Assembly (NCBI GenBank): GCA_963813075.1
Contig: CAWEXU010000004.1
Location: 160,001-224,000, forward strand
DNA from: Methanotrichaceae archaeon
GTDB taxonomy: Archaea; Halobacteriota; Methanosarcinia; Methanotrichales; Methanotrichaceae
Direction: 5' to 3'
DNA: 64,000 bases
Both the position numbers and the translations under genes were made by a program. Within the stretch, counting starts at the first letter, position 1, and each line of letters opens with the position of its first letter. This document shows, piece after piece, positions 22,716 to 32,386 of the stretch. The notes under the pieces are model-generated. The model saw nothing but the letters and a program-made list of their open reading frames with translations, was not told where the DNA came from and did no database searches.

Positions 22716-23807
22716 TCATCGCTGTCTACGGCTCCTGTCAATGCGCAGCATATAGATCTTCCAGTATCGATCATATAAAGTGACATTGAGCGTCAGGAGG
22801 AGGACGAAGAATAAGGTCGTCTCCAGGTCTATAAATCCACTGAGCCTGTGCTGCAGGAAGATATAGAACAATAAGAGTAGCAGAAGATTCACCCCAGACA
22901 TCACCACGAACTCCTGTATGGTGGACCTCCAGCTGGCCCCTCTCCGGGACAGCCAGAGGCTGAGGGCGGTATTTATCACTATCAAGAAGGCCACGGCGGT
23001 GGCAATCTGAACGCTTTTGGCCTGCACCCCGGGCAACACCTGGGCGAATATGAGGCTCACCAGAGATATCAGTACGATCTTCTCGATCAATGCAGAATTG
23101 ATGTATCTTTCCGCCAGATCTTTAGTGGCGATCAACCTGCTGCTGCCACTTAAAGAGGACGGGATGGCATTCACGGTCAGGTAAAGGCACAGAATGGAAG
23201 GAGATTCCCCTTTCAGCAACGACCAGATGGCAATGATCAGCAATGCTGTCAGGGCAAAGACGAGGATTATCCCCAGGGGATTGGCCCGGATCCAGTCGGT
23301 GGTATCCATTCGGGCGACATGAATCCAGTACTCTTGAGGCAGCTTAACAAAGATCCAGATGATGGCGACGGCCTCGATAAGCTTCATCTTATCGATTCTG
23401 GCGGGATTGCACCGGAGGGAAAGGGCCTCAATGAGTATGAAGAAATACTCGAAGGTGTTGGGGAAGACCAGCAATAGCCATCGCAATTCCGTCAGCTCGA
23501 AGAGGGCCACGCCAATGAGCCGGAAGAAGAAGAGAAAACGGCCGAGCCCTACAGCGAAGAGATTAGTCCAGTTGCGCAGGGTCGAGATATAGGCGATGGT
23601 GAGGTAATAGATATCAAGGGCCTTATCGTATCCCTGATAGCCGTCCAGGGGCAGATCGGTGAACCACTGAAATAATGTCTGGTCGACCCCGTCCAGGGCC
23701 AATGAGCCGATGATTGCCGCCAGCGGGTAACGGGGTATGGCAATGGGAAGCAGAAAGCGGGCTATGACTATGGCCCAGAGAATCATTTGGTCGGTAGCCT
23801 CTATCAT
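22716..23807 (-). CDS. Polytopic membrane protein with CDP-alcohol phosphotransferase-like acidic motif
   Basis: About 9-10 hydrophobic segments; LDGVDQ...YDKALD (DxxD...DxxxD). Confidence 0.7.
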   Translation of the reverse strand: MIEATDQMILWAIVIARFLLPIAIPRYPLAAIIGSLALDGVDQTLFQWFTDLPLDGYQGYDKALDIYYLTIAYISTLRNWTNLFAVGLGRFLFFFRLIGVALFELTELRWLLLVFPNTFEYFFILIEALSLRCNPARIDKMKLIEAVAIIWIFVKLPQEYWIHVARMDTTDWIRANPLGIILVFALTALLIIAIWSLLKGESPSILCLYLTVNAIPSSLSGSSRLIATKDLAERYINSALIEKIVLISLVSLIFAQVLPGVQAKSVQIATAVAFLIVINTALSLWLSRRGASWRSTIQEFVVMSGVNLLLLLLFYIFLQHRLSGFIDLETTLFFVLLLTLNVTLYDRYWKIYMLRIDRSRRQR

Positions 23808-24069
23808 TGCCGTCTCTTCTCAACAGGGATCTTCTGTATTTCAGTCTGTTGGAACCATGCAAATTCTCCGGGCATTTACCGTTTTGTCTATTTACCTTTT
23901 TTCCTTTTTTGGCTAATTTGCTCTTTGATAATATGCTAATTTATCCAGTATTTGAGTGCATATCCAAATTAAAAATCAGAATTAAAGGATAATTTTTACT
24001 ATTTGACCGCAGAATTTATAGTCTTGAAGTGCCCTGGAGAGATGAGGAATTGAACGGAGGTGACAATGA

Positions 24070-24177
24070 ATGGATATGATGTCCCAAATATATGCGATAA
24101 TTCTCTTTGGAGCAATGGTGGTTTTATTGCCCTGGGGATTGAATAAATGGTCTGACACCCGCGCCGGCGTGAGATAG
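24070..24177 (+). CDS. Small (35 aa) single-pass membrane protein
   Basis: GGAGGTG (24057..24062 region) upstream; MDMMSQIYAIILFGAMVVLLPWGLNKWSDTRAGVR; below the ORF-track cutoff. Confidence 0.55.
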   Translation: MDMMSQIYAIILFGAMVVLLPWGLNKWSDTRAGVR

Positions 24178-24391
24178 GCGTTTGCAGACCGGGAGGGACC
24201 AGGATTGATCGAATTCCCCATCAGGCAATGCCTCTTCAATCCAACCTCTTTTTCCAGTAATCTTCAAATCAGGCCGGCATATCGTCGACCGGCAAGCTCT
24301 GGCGAAAGAGCCATGAGAAGCTGGAGGGCGGAGCGCTTGAGAAAAGAGAAAAATATAGACCGGGCCATCCCGGCATATAACAGTCCCGGGA

Positions 24392-25333
24392 TCAGCTCCT
24401 CCACTTGACCCTATCCCCTTTGGACTTCAGCACATCCGCCTTCTCCAGAACCCGGATCAGATCCATATAGACCTCCCTGCCGTCGACCATCAGGCTTACG
24501 TCGCCATCATCCTTGCGCAATACACAGCTATCATAAAATTCCTCCAGGCTCATCTTCCTGGCTGAAGGCGCCGTCGCCAGCTTTTCGATCAGCATTCCCA
24601 GGGCTGAGATCTGCTCATATTCATCCGGATACAGGTCGCTGAACTCTTCATCGATATCTCCTGCCAGCGGGGTGGTGAACTCATCCACATAAAGGGCAAT
24701 GGAGCGGGACAAAAAGTACTCCGCCTTAAGGATCAGCTCATCAGGCTCTGGATCGTAGTCATCTGGATCTGCAGGAATCTCCAGCAGCGGATCGTCCAAT
24801 TTCTCCCCGATGGGCTCTCCTATCACAATCTCATTCAGGGTGAGGACGGATTGAGCAAAGCTCTGCGCCTTTCCTGAGCTCAGCATAAATTCCAGCCATG
24901 CATCTGCCTCGAAATCCAAAGATTCGGCCTCTTCTGAATCATCCTCTGAAGCATCCTCCGTGGCATCCTCTGTGGCCTCGCCTGTGGATTTTTCTGAAGT
25001 CTCCTCGAGAGATTCCTCATCGCTCTCGCCGAGGGCCAGAATCTTATCCCTCTTTTCCATCATCTGCGGGTCAAGCTCTCTTAAGAAAAGCTCATCGAAC
25101 TCCTCTTTGGTGCTGCTCTGGGAGAGGGCTCTTTTTATCAAAGACAGATAGTGATCAAATTCGGTTAAATCCCCTGCCAATTCCTTGACCCGGCTGTATT
25201 TGCCACGAAGGCAGGATTCTTCATTTGAATCCATAACCAGGTATGGCTTCAACTCAACCCTGATGCCCGCATCGCTGAGAAGTGATCGAATATCAGCGGC
25301 CTCGTCCTCATCATACTCTCCAAGATAGAACAT
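24392..25333 (-). CDS. Highly acidic hypothetical protein
   Basis: 313-aa ORF, Asp/Glu-rich with low-complexity insert; own TATA-like TTTAAATA upstream. Confidence 0.75.
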   Translation of the reverse strand: MFYLGEYDEDEAADIRSLLSDAGIRVELKPYLVMDSNEESCLRGKYSRVKELAGDLTEFDHYLSLIKRALSQSSTKEEFDELFLRELDPQMMEKRDKILALGESDEESLEETSEKSTGEATEDATEDASEDDSEEAESLDFEADAWLEFMLSSGKAQSFAQSVLTLNEIVIGEPIGEKLDDPLLEIPADPDDYDPEPDELILKAEYFLSRSIALYVDEFTTPLAGDIDEEFSDLYPDEYEQISALGMLIEKLATAPSARKMSLEEFYDSCVLRKDDGDVSLMVDGREVYMDLIRVLEKADVLKSKGDRVKWRS

Positions 25334-25426
25334 GGGCCTTAGGTAGAACCCCGTATATTTAAAAGGCTATACTCAAAATAGGTGAGAGGGAAAGTCGAGA
25401 AGGGCAAAGGAGGTAGGAGTAAAAAT

Positions 25427-25924
25427 TCAGTCCAAGATCGGACTTGATTCACCAAGCCCTTTCTTGAGATTGGCATATGTTGCCCGCAGGTGCTCAGATA
25501 TCACCCTGGTATCGGATAAGACAGGCATGAAGTTTGTATCGCCATTCCAGCGGGGCACGATGTGCAGGTGGATGTGATCGGCAATGCCAGCACCCCCTAC
25601 AATTCCCATGTTTATCCCCAGGTTGAATCCATCCGGATGCATGGTCTTCTTCAAAAGCTCCACCGCCAGATCAGCAAGCTCCATCATCTCCTGCCGTTCA
25701 TCATCTGCCCATCCGGCCAGAGTTGAGGTATGTCTAAATGGAACCACCATCATGTGACCATTGTTGTACGGATAGGCATTCATGATGATGAAGTGATGCC
25801 GGCCCCGGTGCAATATGAGGTTCTCTTCGTCCCTGTTCTCCAGAGGCTTGTTGCAGAATATGCAGCCCTCCGGCTTCTTGCTGAGGATGTAGTCGATCCT
25901 CCAGGGTGCCCATAGCCTTTCCAT
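25427..25924 (-). CDS. HIT family hydrolase (Ap4A phosphorylase/FHIT-like)
   Basis: LWAPWR, CIFC, NAYPYNNGHMMV, HIHLHIVPRW. Confidence 0.93.
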   Translation of the reverse strand: MERLWAPWRIDYILSKKPEGCIFCNKPLENRDEENLILHRGRHHFIIMNAYPYNNGHMMVVPFRHTSTLAGWADDERQEMMELADLAVELLKKTMHPDGFNLGINMGIVGGAGIADHIHLHIVPRWNGDTNFMPVLSDTRVISEHLRATYANLKKGLGESSPILD

Positions 25925-25925
25925 A

Positions 25926-26540
25926 TCAGTTCGCCCCAGTCTCAAAGACGATCTTCCTTCCCACCACTTTAGGTTTACCCTCGATGAACATCTTTATCGC
26001 CTGAGGGTAGGCCCTGTACTCCGCCCTCTGGATCCTGGCTTTCAGGCTCTCATGGGTATCGTTCCTCTTCACCGGCACCGGCCGCTGATAGATGATCGGT
26101 CCGTGATCGACATCCTCATCGACGATATGAATGGTGGTGCCGGTCCACATCACCCCGTGCTCCAGGGCCTGGCTGAAGGCATCCAGTCCCCGGAACGAGG
26201 GCAAAAGAGCGGGATGGATATTCAAAATCCGGTTTTTGTAGTGGCGGACGAATCCTGCCGACAGTATCCTCATATAGCCGGTGAGAACCACCAGGTCCAC
26301 CCCTGCTTCCTCCAGCTGTGCCATGAGCAGTTGGTCATACTCCTCCCGAGACTTTCCTTTTGGATTCAAGTAAAAATGTGGGACACCAAACTCCTGGGCG
26401 ATCTTGAGGGCCCCGGCATCCGGCTGATCGGTCAGCACTATCTTCACCCGGGCAGGCAGGTCGCCCGCCCGCTCCGCCAGGAGGATGTGGCGAAGGTTCT
26501 CCCCTCGCCCGGACGATATAATGCCAATGGAGGCGGTCAA
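25926..26540 (-). CDS. purN: Phosphoribosylglycinamide formyltransferase
   Basis: SGRGENL, GYMRIL, NIHPALLPSF, DHGPII. Confidence 0.94.
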   Translation of the reverse strand: MTASIGIISSGRGENLRHILLAERAGDLPARVKIVLTDQPDAGALKIAQEFGVPHFYLNPKGKSREEYDQLLMAQLEEAGVDLVVLTGYMRILSAGFVRHYKNRILNIHPALLPSFRGLDAFSQALEHGVMWTGTTIHIVDEDVDHGPIIYQRPVPVKRNDTHESLKARIQRAEYRAYPQAIKMFIEGKPKVVGRKIVFETGAN

Positions 26541-26549
26541 ACTGATAGC

Positions 26550-26819
26550 TCACTTCCCCAGCGTGATCTCAATCGCCGATACATTGGTCTCTCCCCGGTC
26601 GGTCTCCAGGGTCTCGGTGGAGATCTGAATTCCCATCACCCTCACATCCGGCAGAAATCTGGACCTTGACACCTCTGCCACATCCACCGCCCTGGAGATA
26701 GCCCGCCCCCTGGCCATGATCCTGACATCCCTGGCGCCGCTGTTGAATTGGGTTACCACTGCCAGCACATAGTTCATCACAGGCTTATTCCCGACGAAAA
26801 CTACCTCATCCTCAGCCAT
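26550..26819 (-). CDS. albA: DNA/RNA-binding protein Alba
   Basis: [37 protein letters not shown]. Confidence 0.96.
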   Translation of the reverse strand: MAEDEVVFVGNKPVMNYVLAVVTQFNSGARDVRIMARGRAISRAVDVAEVSRSRFLPDVRVMGIQISTETLETDRGETNVSAIEITLGK

Positions 26820-26880
26820 TGGCGCATCACCTTTAAAATTAAATTTCAATATCCTATCATATCATAGATAAACCTGCTGA

Positions 26881-27459
26881 TTAGAGGTACCTGCCTCGCG
26901 CTTTGATCTCCTTCACCCTCTCCAGAACACTCTCTCCACCAGGATAGACCTGGATGTAGCCCGCCCTGAAGGCCTCGATCAACTCCTCGGGCCGGTCGTG
27001 AGTGCTCTCTAAAGTCTGGAAATAGACATGCACATCCACTCCCTGCGCCTCGACGGACCGCTCATAAAAGGAGAGGCCAAAGTCAATCAGGCATATCTCG
27101 CCATCAACCAGGATCATATTGGAGGTGGTCAGGTCCCCGTGGATGATTCCCCCTTTGTGCAGCTTTCCCACCATCTCCCCCACCTTCCGGGATAGCTCCG
27201 GGCTGATCACATCTTTGAGCTTATCGCCCTTTATATGCTCCATCTTCAGTTCAAAGCGGGATACGTCGCAGATGATGGGTGTCTGGACCCCATGCCTTCG
27301 GGCGTCGGAGGTGATCCTCGCCTCACGAATGGTCCTCTCCTGGCGGATGCGTTCGTCCAAGGCCGGCAGGCGGTAGCTCTTGGGGAGCCTCCACTTCCTG
27401 ACCACCCCATCCTCCAGGGTTATGACCGCTTCCGCCCCTCTTCCGATCTCTACCGGCAT
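26881..27459 (-). CDS. bud32: KEOPS kinase/ATPase Bud32 (stand-alone)
   Basis: GRGAEA, PKSYRLPALD, HGDLTTSN, LIDFGL, terminal RGRYL. Confidence 0.93.
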   Translation of the reverse strand: MPVEIGRGAEAVITLEDGVVRKWRLPKSYRLPALDERIRQERTIREARITSDARRHGVQTPIICDVSRFELKMEHIKGDKLKDVISPELSRKVGEMVGKLHKGGIIHGDLTTSNMILVDGEICLIDFGLSFYERSVEAQGVDVHVYFQTLESTHDRPEELIEAFRAGYIQVYPGGESVLERVKEIKARGRYL

Positions 27460-28487
27460 AGATCCCCTCGCTTCTTCCAGGCCTTGATCAGTCCCAGGCA
27501 GCCGGTGATCATCATATCTCCGGCAGGCGCTGCCGCCACCGCTCCCTTTAAGGCCTCACAGGAGAGGAAGCTCTCCCTTCTGGGCCCCGTGACCAGAATC
27601 GACCGGACCCTATCCGGCACGCTGCCTATATAAGAACCATGACCTCCGTCGTCGAAGACCTCTCCCTCCTCCAGCGTCCCCCGGCAGAGCTTCTCGGTGA
27701 ACTCTTTTACCTTTTCTCCTTTCATCCCCGAGGTGTGATGCTCGAATATGGCACAGACCCTTCCCTCAGACAGGATGGCGGCGATGGTATGGCTGTTTCC
27801 GAAGTTGATGATCAATGCCGGCTCTTGCATCCGCGGGTCAAGGGCCGCCCCGAAGATGGCCGCGGGACCTGTATCCATAATAAAGGGCTCAAATCCCTCT
27901 TTGGCCAGAATATCCCGCACCGCCACCATCCTGGTCATCTCCTGCGGTGGCTCTTTATAGGCGAAATCCTCCAGTCTCCCGCCCGAACGGATGGCTCCGG
28001 CCAGGTACTCGAATCGAACCTGCCGGTTCAGCTTCCCTGGGGAGTAGCCGTGATCCTGCACCGCCACGGCGATATCCCTGGGCAAGGAGATATCGAAGAG
28101 CTGAAAAGCCCGCTGGAGGGAGGGAATGTCTATGTCTCCCGTCTTTATCACCTCTGCAGATGCCGGAGCTGCCTCTTGAATTGCCACCCCCAGGGCTTCG
28201 ACCTGCCCCAGGTCATTGTTGATGGTGGCCGCGGCAGAGGGGGTGGCATAAACCTTCAGTCCCGCTGCCAGGTGCCACCTGACCGCAATGGTGGAGGCTC
28301 CGCCTCCCATGATCGGGCCCTCTAAAAAGATATCCCGTCCCGCCATTCTGGCCCGGCTAATCCTGTTTCCCACAATTATGGTCTGACTGGGCAGGACCAT
28401 CTTCGTCGAGCCCTCAATGGGCACCTCCTCCTGATAGAGCAGGATATCCTGGGTCCCTGCCCCCACGTCAACCGCTAAGAGCGTCAT
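27450..28487 (-). CDS. DUF1786 family protein (ASKHA-like fold)
   Basis: LAVDVGAGTQDIL, AVQDHG, MDTGPAA, FEHHT, DGGHG, GDMMITGC. Confidence 0.85.
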   Translation of the reverse strand: MTLLAVDVGAGTQDILLYQEEVPIEGSTKMVLPSQTIIVGNRISRARMAGRDIFLEGPIMGGGASTIAVRWHLAAGLKVYATPSAAATINNDLGQVEALGVAIQEAAPASAEVIKTGDIDIPSLQRAFQLFDISLPRDIAVAVQDHGYSPGKLNRQVRFEYLAGAIRSGGRLEDFAYKEPPQEMTRMVAVRDILAKEGFEPFIMDTGPAAIFGAALDPRMQEPALIINFGNSHTIAAILSEGRVCAIFEHHTSGMKGEKVKEFTEKLCRGTLEEGEVFDDGGHGSYIGSVPDRVRSILVTGPRRESFLSCEALKGAVAAAPAGDMMITGCLGLIKAWKKRGDLCR

Positions 28488-28570
28488 AGATCATTCCTCC
28501 GACCCGTCCTTTGACCTCATAAATGAGACCCCAGGGGAAAAATTTTATCCTCATCCATAAAGGGAAGAGC

Positions 28571-29047
28571 ATGATCATAGATGTGGTGGTCGCGAGCACA
28601 TCTCGCTATAGCAGTTTCGGCCCGGTTTCTGATCCGGATAAGGCAGAGGACCTCTCCGGAAAAGCAATATTGGAGAAGATCGGGGAGGCGGGATATACCG
28701 GCAACTACCAGCTTCTGCCAGACGGCATAGAGCCCATCCGGCAGGCGGTGAAGATGAGCACGGCTGATGCCATGGTGATCTGCGGCGGCACAGGGCTCAC
28801 CCACCTGGACCTGACCATAGAGGCGGTAGAGCCGCTATTTGAAAAAACCCTTCCAGGATTTGGGGAGATCTTCCGCAGGCAGAGCATGGAGGAGGTTGGA
28901 ACCCGGGCCATACTAACCCGAGCAACCGCCGGAGTCTACAGGAAAAAACCGGTATTCTGCATACCGGGCTCTCCCGGAGCAGCCCGGCTGGGAGTTGAGC
29001 TCATTTTGGCAGAAATCGAGCATATCCTCAAACATGTGATGGAGTAG
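28571..29047 (+). CDS. moaB: Molybdenum cofactor biosynthesis protein MoaB/MogA
   Basis: DLSG, GGTGLTHLDLTIEA, PGFGEIFR, IPGSPGA. Confidence 0.9.
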   Translation: MIIDVVVASTSRYSSFGPVSDPDKAEDLSGKAILEKIGEAGYTGNYQLLPDGIEPIRQAVKMSTADAMVICGGTGLTHLDLTIEAVEPLFEKTLPGFGEIFRRQSMEEVGTRAILTRATAGVYRKKPVFCIPGSPGAARLGVELILAEIEHILKHVME

Positions 29048-29150
29048 AGTAAAATAATATTAATAGAATCAAATCCTGTTGCGCCGGAGTAGCCTTTTAT
29101 ATCATTAGTACGCTAATAAGCACATAGAGCTATTCACGGAGATTCGGCCA

Positions 29151-29705
29151 ATGGAGACAGAGATTCCAGTGCGAGATATCATGACCCGGCCGGTGATCAC
29201 AGCTGACGCCGATCTAGATGTATTGAGCGCTGCCAAGAAGATGGGCTCGGCCAATGTGGGCAGTCTGATAATAGTATCAGGAGATAAAACCACAGGCATC
29301 TTAACGGAGAGGGACCTGGTCAGAAAGGTCATAGCCCAGGGGGTAGACCCCAGAAATCTGAAGGTGAGAGAGATCATGAGCTCACCGGTAACTGCAATCG
29401 AGCCCGATGCAAGCTTACGGGATGCAGCGGCACTTATGCTCCGCGCGGGGGTAAAAAGGCTGCCCGTGATACTCGAGGGGAAGCTGATGGGCATAATCAC
29501 CGATACCGACCTGGTCTCTGGCTCATCCGTAGGGTTGAATGATATCTTAAGCGATCTGTTGGAGATGCACCGGGAGAGCATTCACTTGGAACAACCCAGA
29601 GGAACAGTGAGCGGGATATGTGAAGTCTGCGGCCAGCTGTCAGATAACCTGGAAAACGTGAATGGCGAGTTGCTCTGCTGGAGCTGCAGGGACGGAAATC
29701 GATAG
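29151..29705 (+). CDS. CBS-pair protein with C-terminal zinc ribbon
   Basis: GILTERD, GIITDTD; CEVCG...CWSC. Confidence 0.92.
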   Translation: METEIPVRDIMTRPVITADADLDVLSAAKKMGSANVGSLIIVSGDKTTGILTERDLVRKVIAQGVDPRNLKVREIMSSPVTAIEPDASLRDAAALMLRAGVKRLPVILEGKLMGIITDTDLVSGSSVGLNDILSDLLEMHRESIHLEQPRGTVSGICEVCGQLSDNLENVNGELLCWSCRDGNR

Positions 29706-29716
29706 CATAAGCAAGA

Positions 29717-29745
29717 TTGCGATATGGCAAATTGCAATATGGCAA
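29717..29745. promoter_or_regulatory. Two tandem 14-bp palindromes TTGC-N-ATAT-N-GCAA (possible operator)
   Basis: TTGCGATATGGCAA (29717..29730) and TTGCAATATGGCAA (29732..29745) between CBS genes 1 and 2. Confidence 0.45.
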
Positions 29746-29769
29746 TTGCGGGACAGCAGGGGAGTTGAA

Positions 29770-30549
29770 ATGCTAGTCGAAGACATTTTCTCAAGAGATC
29801 CTCTCTATGTGGAGGACTCCACCTATCTGACCAAAGCACGTCAGATGATCAGAGATAATCATGTACGAGGACTGCCGGTTGTGAGTAGCAGAGGCCTGGT
29901 TTTAGGAGTCATAACCTCACAGGATGCGCTTCGAGTGACATCGACCAAATCAAATGTCACCGTCTCTGGATTCATGGTTAAGGTACCCACAGTGACCGGT
30001 GATACTGATGTGCTTGATGCGGCAAGGATCATGCTCAAAGAGAAGAGCAACTTGCTTCCAGTAGTCGAATCCCAAGAAGATCAGACCCTCAGAGGTGTTG
30101 TAACTATAATAGATATATTCAAGCATTTAGATATCTCTAAAGTTCCCAAAAAGCAGATTGGGGATATAATGACCACGAAGGTCATGACCGCCCACATGGA
30201 TGAGCCGGTGACCAAGGTCTGGGACCGGATGGTGACGCAGGATTACACCGGCCTGCCCATGATAAGGGATGATAAGCCCATGGGAATGATCACGAGATTC
30301 GATATCCTGAAGAGTGGTTGGGCGAGGATCAGCAAAGAGAGCTCGTCAAGGCCCGTGGATTCAATGCAACTATTGGCTGAGAAGCTGATGAGCTCTCCCC
30401 TCTACAGCCTCAAGCCGACAGCCAGCGTTGCTGAGGCCATAGAGCTGATGCTCAAGCACGATGTGGGCAGGGTATCGGTAGTGAATGAAGGAAGAATTAT
30501 GGGGATAGCAGATAGAAGCGATCTGATCAGATGTTACCTGGGTGAGTGA
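29770..30549 (+). CDS. CBS domain protein (4 CBS repeats)
   Basis: GLPVV...GVITSQD, GMITRFD; GGGAG before ATG 29770. Confidence 0.92.
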   Translation: MLVEDIFSRDPLYVEDSTYLTKARQMIRDNHVRGLPVVSSRGLVLGVITSQDALRVTSTKSNVTVSGFMVKVPTVTGDTDVLDAARIMLKEKSNLLPVVESQEDQTLRGVVTIIDIFKHLDISKVPKKQIGDIMTTKVMTAHMDEPVTKVWDRMVTQDYTGLPMIRDDKPMGMITRFDILKSGWARISKESSSRPVDSMQLLAEKLMSSPLYSLKPTASVAEAIELMLKHDVGRVSVVNEGRIMGIADRSDLIRCYLGE

Positions 30550-31529
30550 AGATGAGCAATGGTCCAACTAGTGGAAAAGAGATAACGAGGATACCGCAAA
30601 AGAACGATCGAATGCCAAGAGCCCCAGGCTCGGGGGATAGAGGACCGCTACAGTTCGACTCCAGGCATGCCAAGCACATCAGCGAGGTGCTGAGCGCTGC
30701 ATCGCCAGATGTAGTCACTGTCCCGCCCACTACCACCATCATGGGGGCCATAAAGACCATGACCTTCTATGGCTTCTCCAGGCTTCCCATCGCAGATGCC
30801 GGCACGAAGAGGCTTTTGGGTTTTGTGACATCGGTGGATATAGTGGACTTCCTGGGCGGAGGGCTGCGGCATAACCTCCTGCAGGACAAGTACCAGGGCA
30901 ATATATTCACCGCCATAAATGCCGATATAAGGGAGATAATGAGCAGCAAGCTCATCTACGCCAGCGAAAACTCATCATTGAATGATGTCTTGAAGCTGAT
31001 GTACGAGAAGAATGTGGGCGGCCTCCCTATCGTGGGCGAGGATAACCGCATCAAGGGTATAATCACCGAGGAGGACTTCGTGCGCTCCTGCCGGGGAGTG
31101 GATACGGGGCAGGTGGTCGAGTCCTTCATGAGCCCCAATGTCGTAACCGCACCGGCTCAGACCACCATCGAGAAGATGACCAGGATGATCATCCAGAAGG
31201 GCTTCCGACGGATGCCCGTGGTCCAGGATGGTGTTCTCATGGGCATGGTCACCGCATCGGATATAATGAAGTACCTTGGCAGCGGAGACGCATTCGAAAA
31301 GGTGGTTACAGGCGATATCGGTGAGGTAATGAACCAGCCCATAAAAAGCCTGATCAAAAGAAGCCTGATCACCATTGAGAAGAAGATGGACCTGGGCCAG
31401 GCGGCCAGGAAGATGATGGACAACGAGATCGGATCGATGCCTGTTATGGATAAAGGTTCATTAGCAGGCATTTTGACCGAAAGAGATTTTGTGAGGGCCT
31501 TAGCTGAGAACAGAGGAATACTGCCATGA
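30546..31529 (+). CDS. CBS domain protein (4 CBS repeats)
   Basis: RLPI, GGLPIV...GIITEED, RRMPVV, GILTERD. Confidence 0.93.
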   Translation: MKMSNGPTSGKEITRIPQKNDRMPRAPGSGDRGPLQFDSRHAKHISEVLSAASPDVVTVPPTTTIMGAIKTMTFYGFSRLPIADAGTKRLLGFVTSVDIVDFLGGGLRHNLLQDKYQGNIFTAINADIREIMSSKLIYASENSSLNDVLKLMYEKNVGGLPIVGEDNRIKGIITEEDFVRSCRGVDTGQVVESFMSPNVVTAPAQTTIEKMTRMIIQKGFRRMPVVQDGVLMGMVTASDIMKYLGSGDAFEKVVTGDIGEVMNQPIKSLIKRSLITIEKKMDLGQAARKMMDNEIGSMPVMDKGSLAGILTERDFVRALAENRGILP

Positions 31530-32386
31530 TCGTAAAGAAAGTCAAAGACTACATGAGCTCTCCCATAAATGTCATTGAGCGAAATGAGCCCATTCAGAGA
31601 GCCAGAAATATGATGTTCAAGTACTCCATCGGCAGGCTGCCCGTCATGGATAACGGCAAGCTGGTGGGGATAGTCACCAAATACGATATCACCAACCGGA
31701 TCAGCCAGGCTGCTCCAGAGTGGCGGAGAAGGCCCATAGACAAGGTCCCCATCCAGGTGGTAATGACCGAGAAGCCGATAACCATATTCCCTGATGCCAC
31801 CATGCCCCAGGCAGCGGAGCTGATGATCGAGAACGACATTAGCGGACTGCCGGTGGAAAAGGATGGCGAGATCGTGGGTATGATCACCTCCCGCGATATG
31901 GTGAAGTACTTCTCCGACCAGGATGTCAATTCAACCGTGGGCGAATTGATGAGCAAGAACATCCTCAATGTGCACCGCCACCATACTATAGGCCACGTCC
32001 TGGAGGAGATGAATGTGCAGGGGATCAGCCGCGCTCTGGTCTATGAGGATAACAGGACTCCTGTGGGCATAGTGACCCGGTCAGGCCTGACGTTCTCTGA
32101 TATCATGGGGCCGAAGGATGAGATGGAGACCAAGAACATCAAGATGACCCGGAAGGAGAGTACTGCGGGCAGAAAACAGAATCGATATGTCAGGCAGATG
32201 CCTTTTGTGGCCGAAGATGTCATGACCTCGCCCGTACTATCCATGATCCCGGAGACGAAAGCGGTCGAAGCCAGCCGGACCCTGGCGGAAAAGCATATCA
32301 TCGGCATGCCGGTGGTAAAGGACGATGAAGTGGTGGGCTACTTCTCAGCCGATGAGATCATAGCAGAGATTGGCAGGTGGAAGTGA
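31526..32386 (+). CDS. CBS domain protein (4 CBS repeats)
   Basis: GRLPV...GIVTKYD, SGLPV...GMITSRD; ATGA overlap with the previous gene. Confidence 0.93.
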   Translation: MIVKKVKDYMSSPINVIERNEPIQRARNMMFKYSIGRLPVMDNGKLVGIVTKYDITNRISQAAPEWRRRPIDKVPIQVVMTEKPITIFPDATMPQAAELMIENDISGLPVEKDGEIVGMITSRDMVKYFSDQDVNSTVGELMSKNILNVHRHHTIGHVLEEMNVQGISRALVYEDNRTPVGIVTRSGLTFSDIMGPKDEMETKNIKMTRKESTAGRKQNRYVRQMPFVAEDVMTSPVLSMIPETKAVEASRTLAEKHIIGMPVVKDDEVVGYFSADEIIAEIGRWK

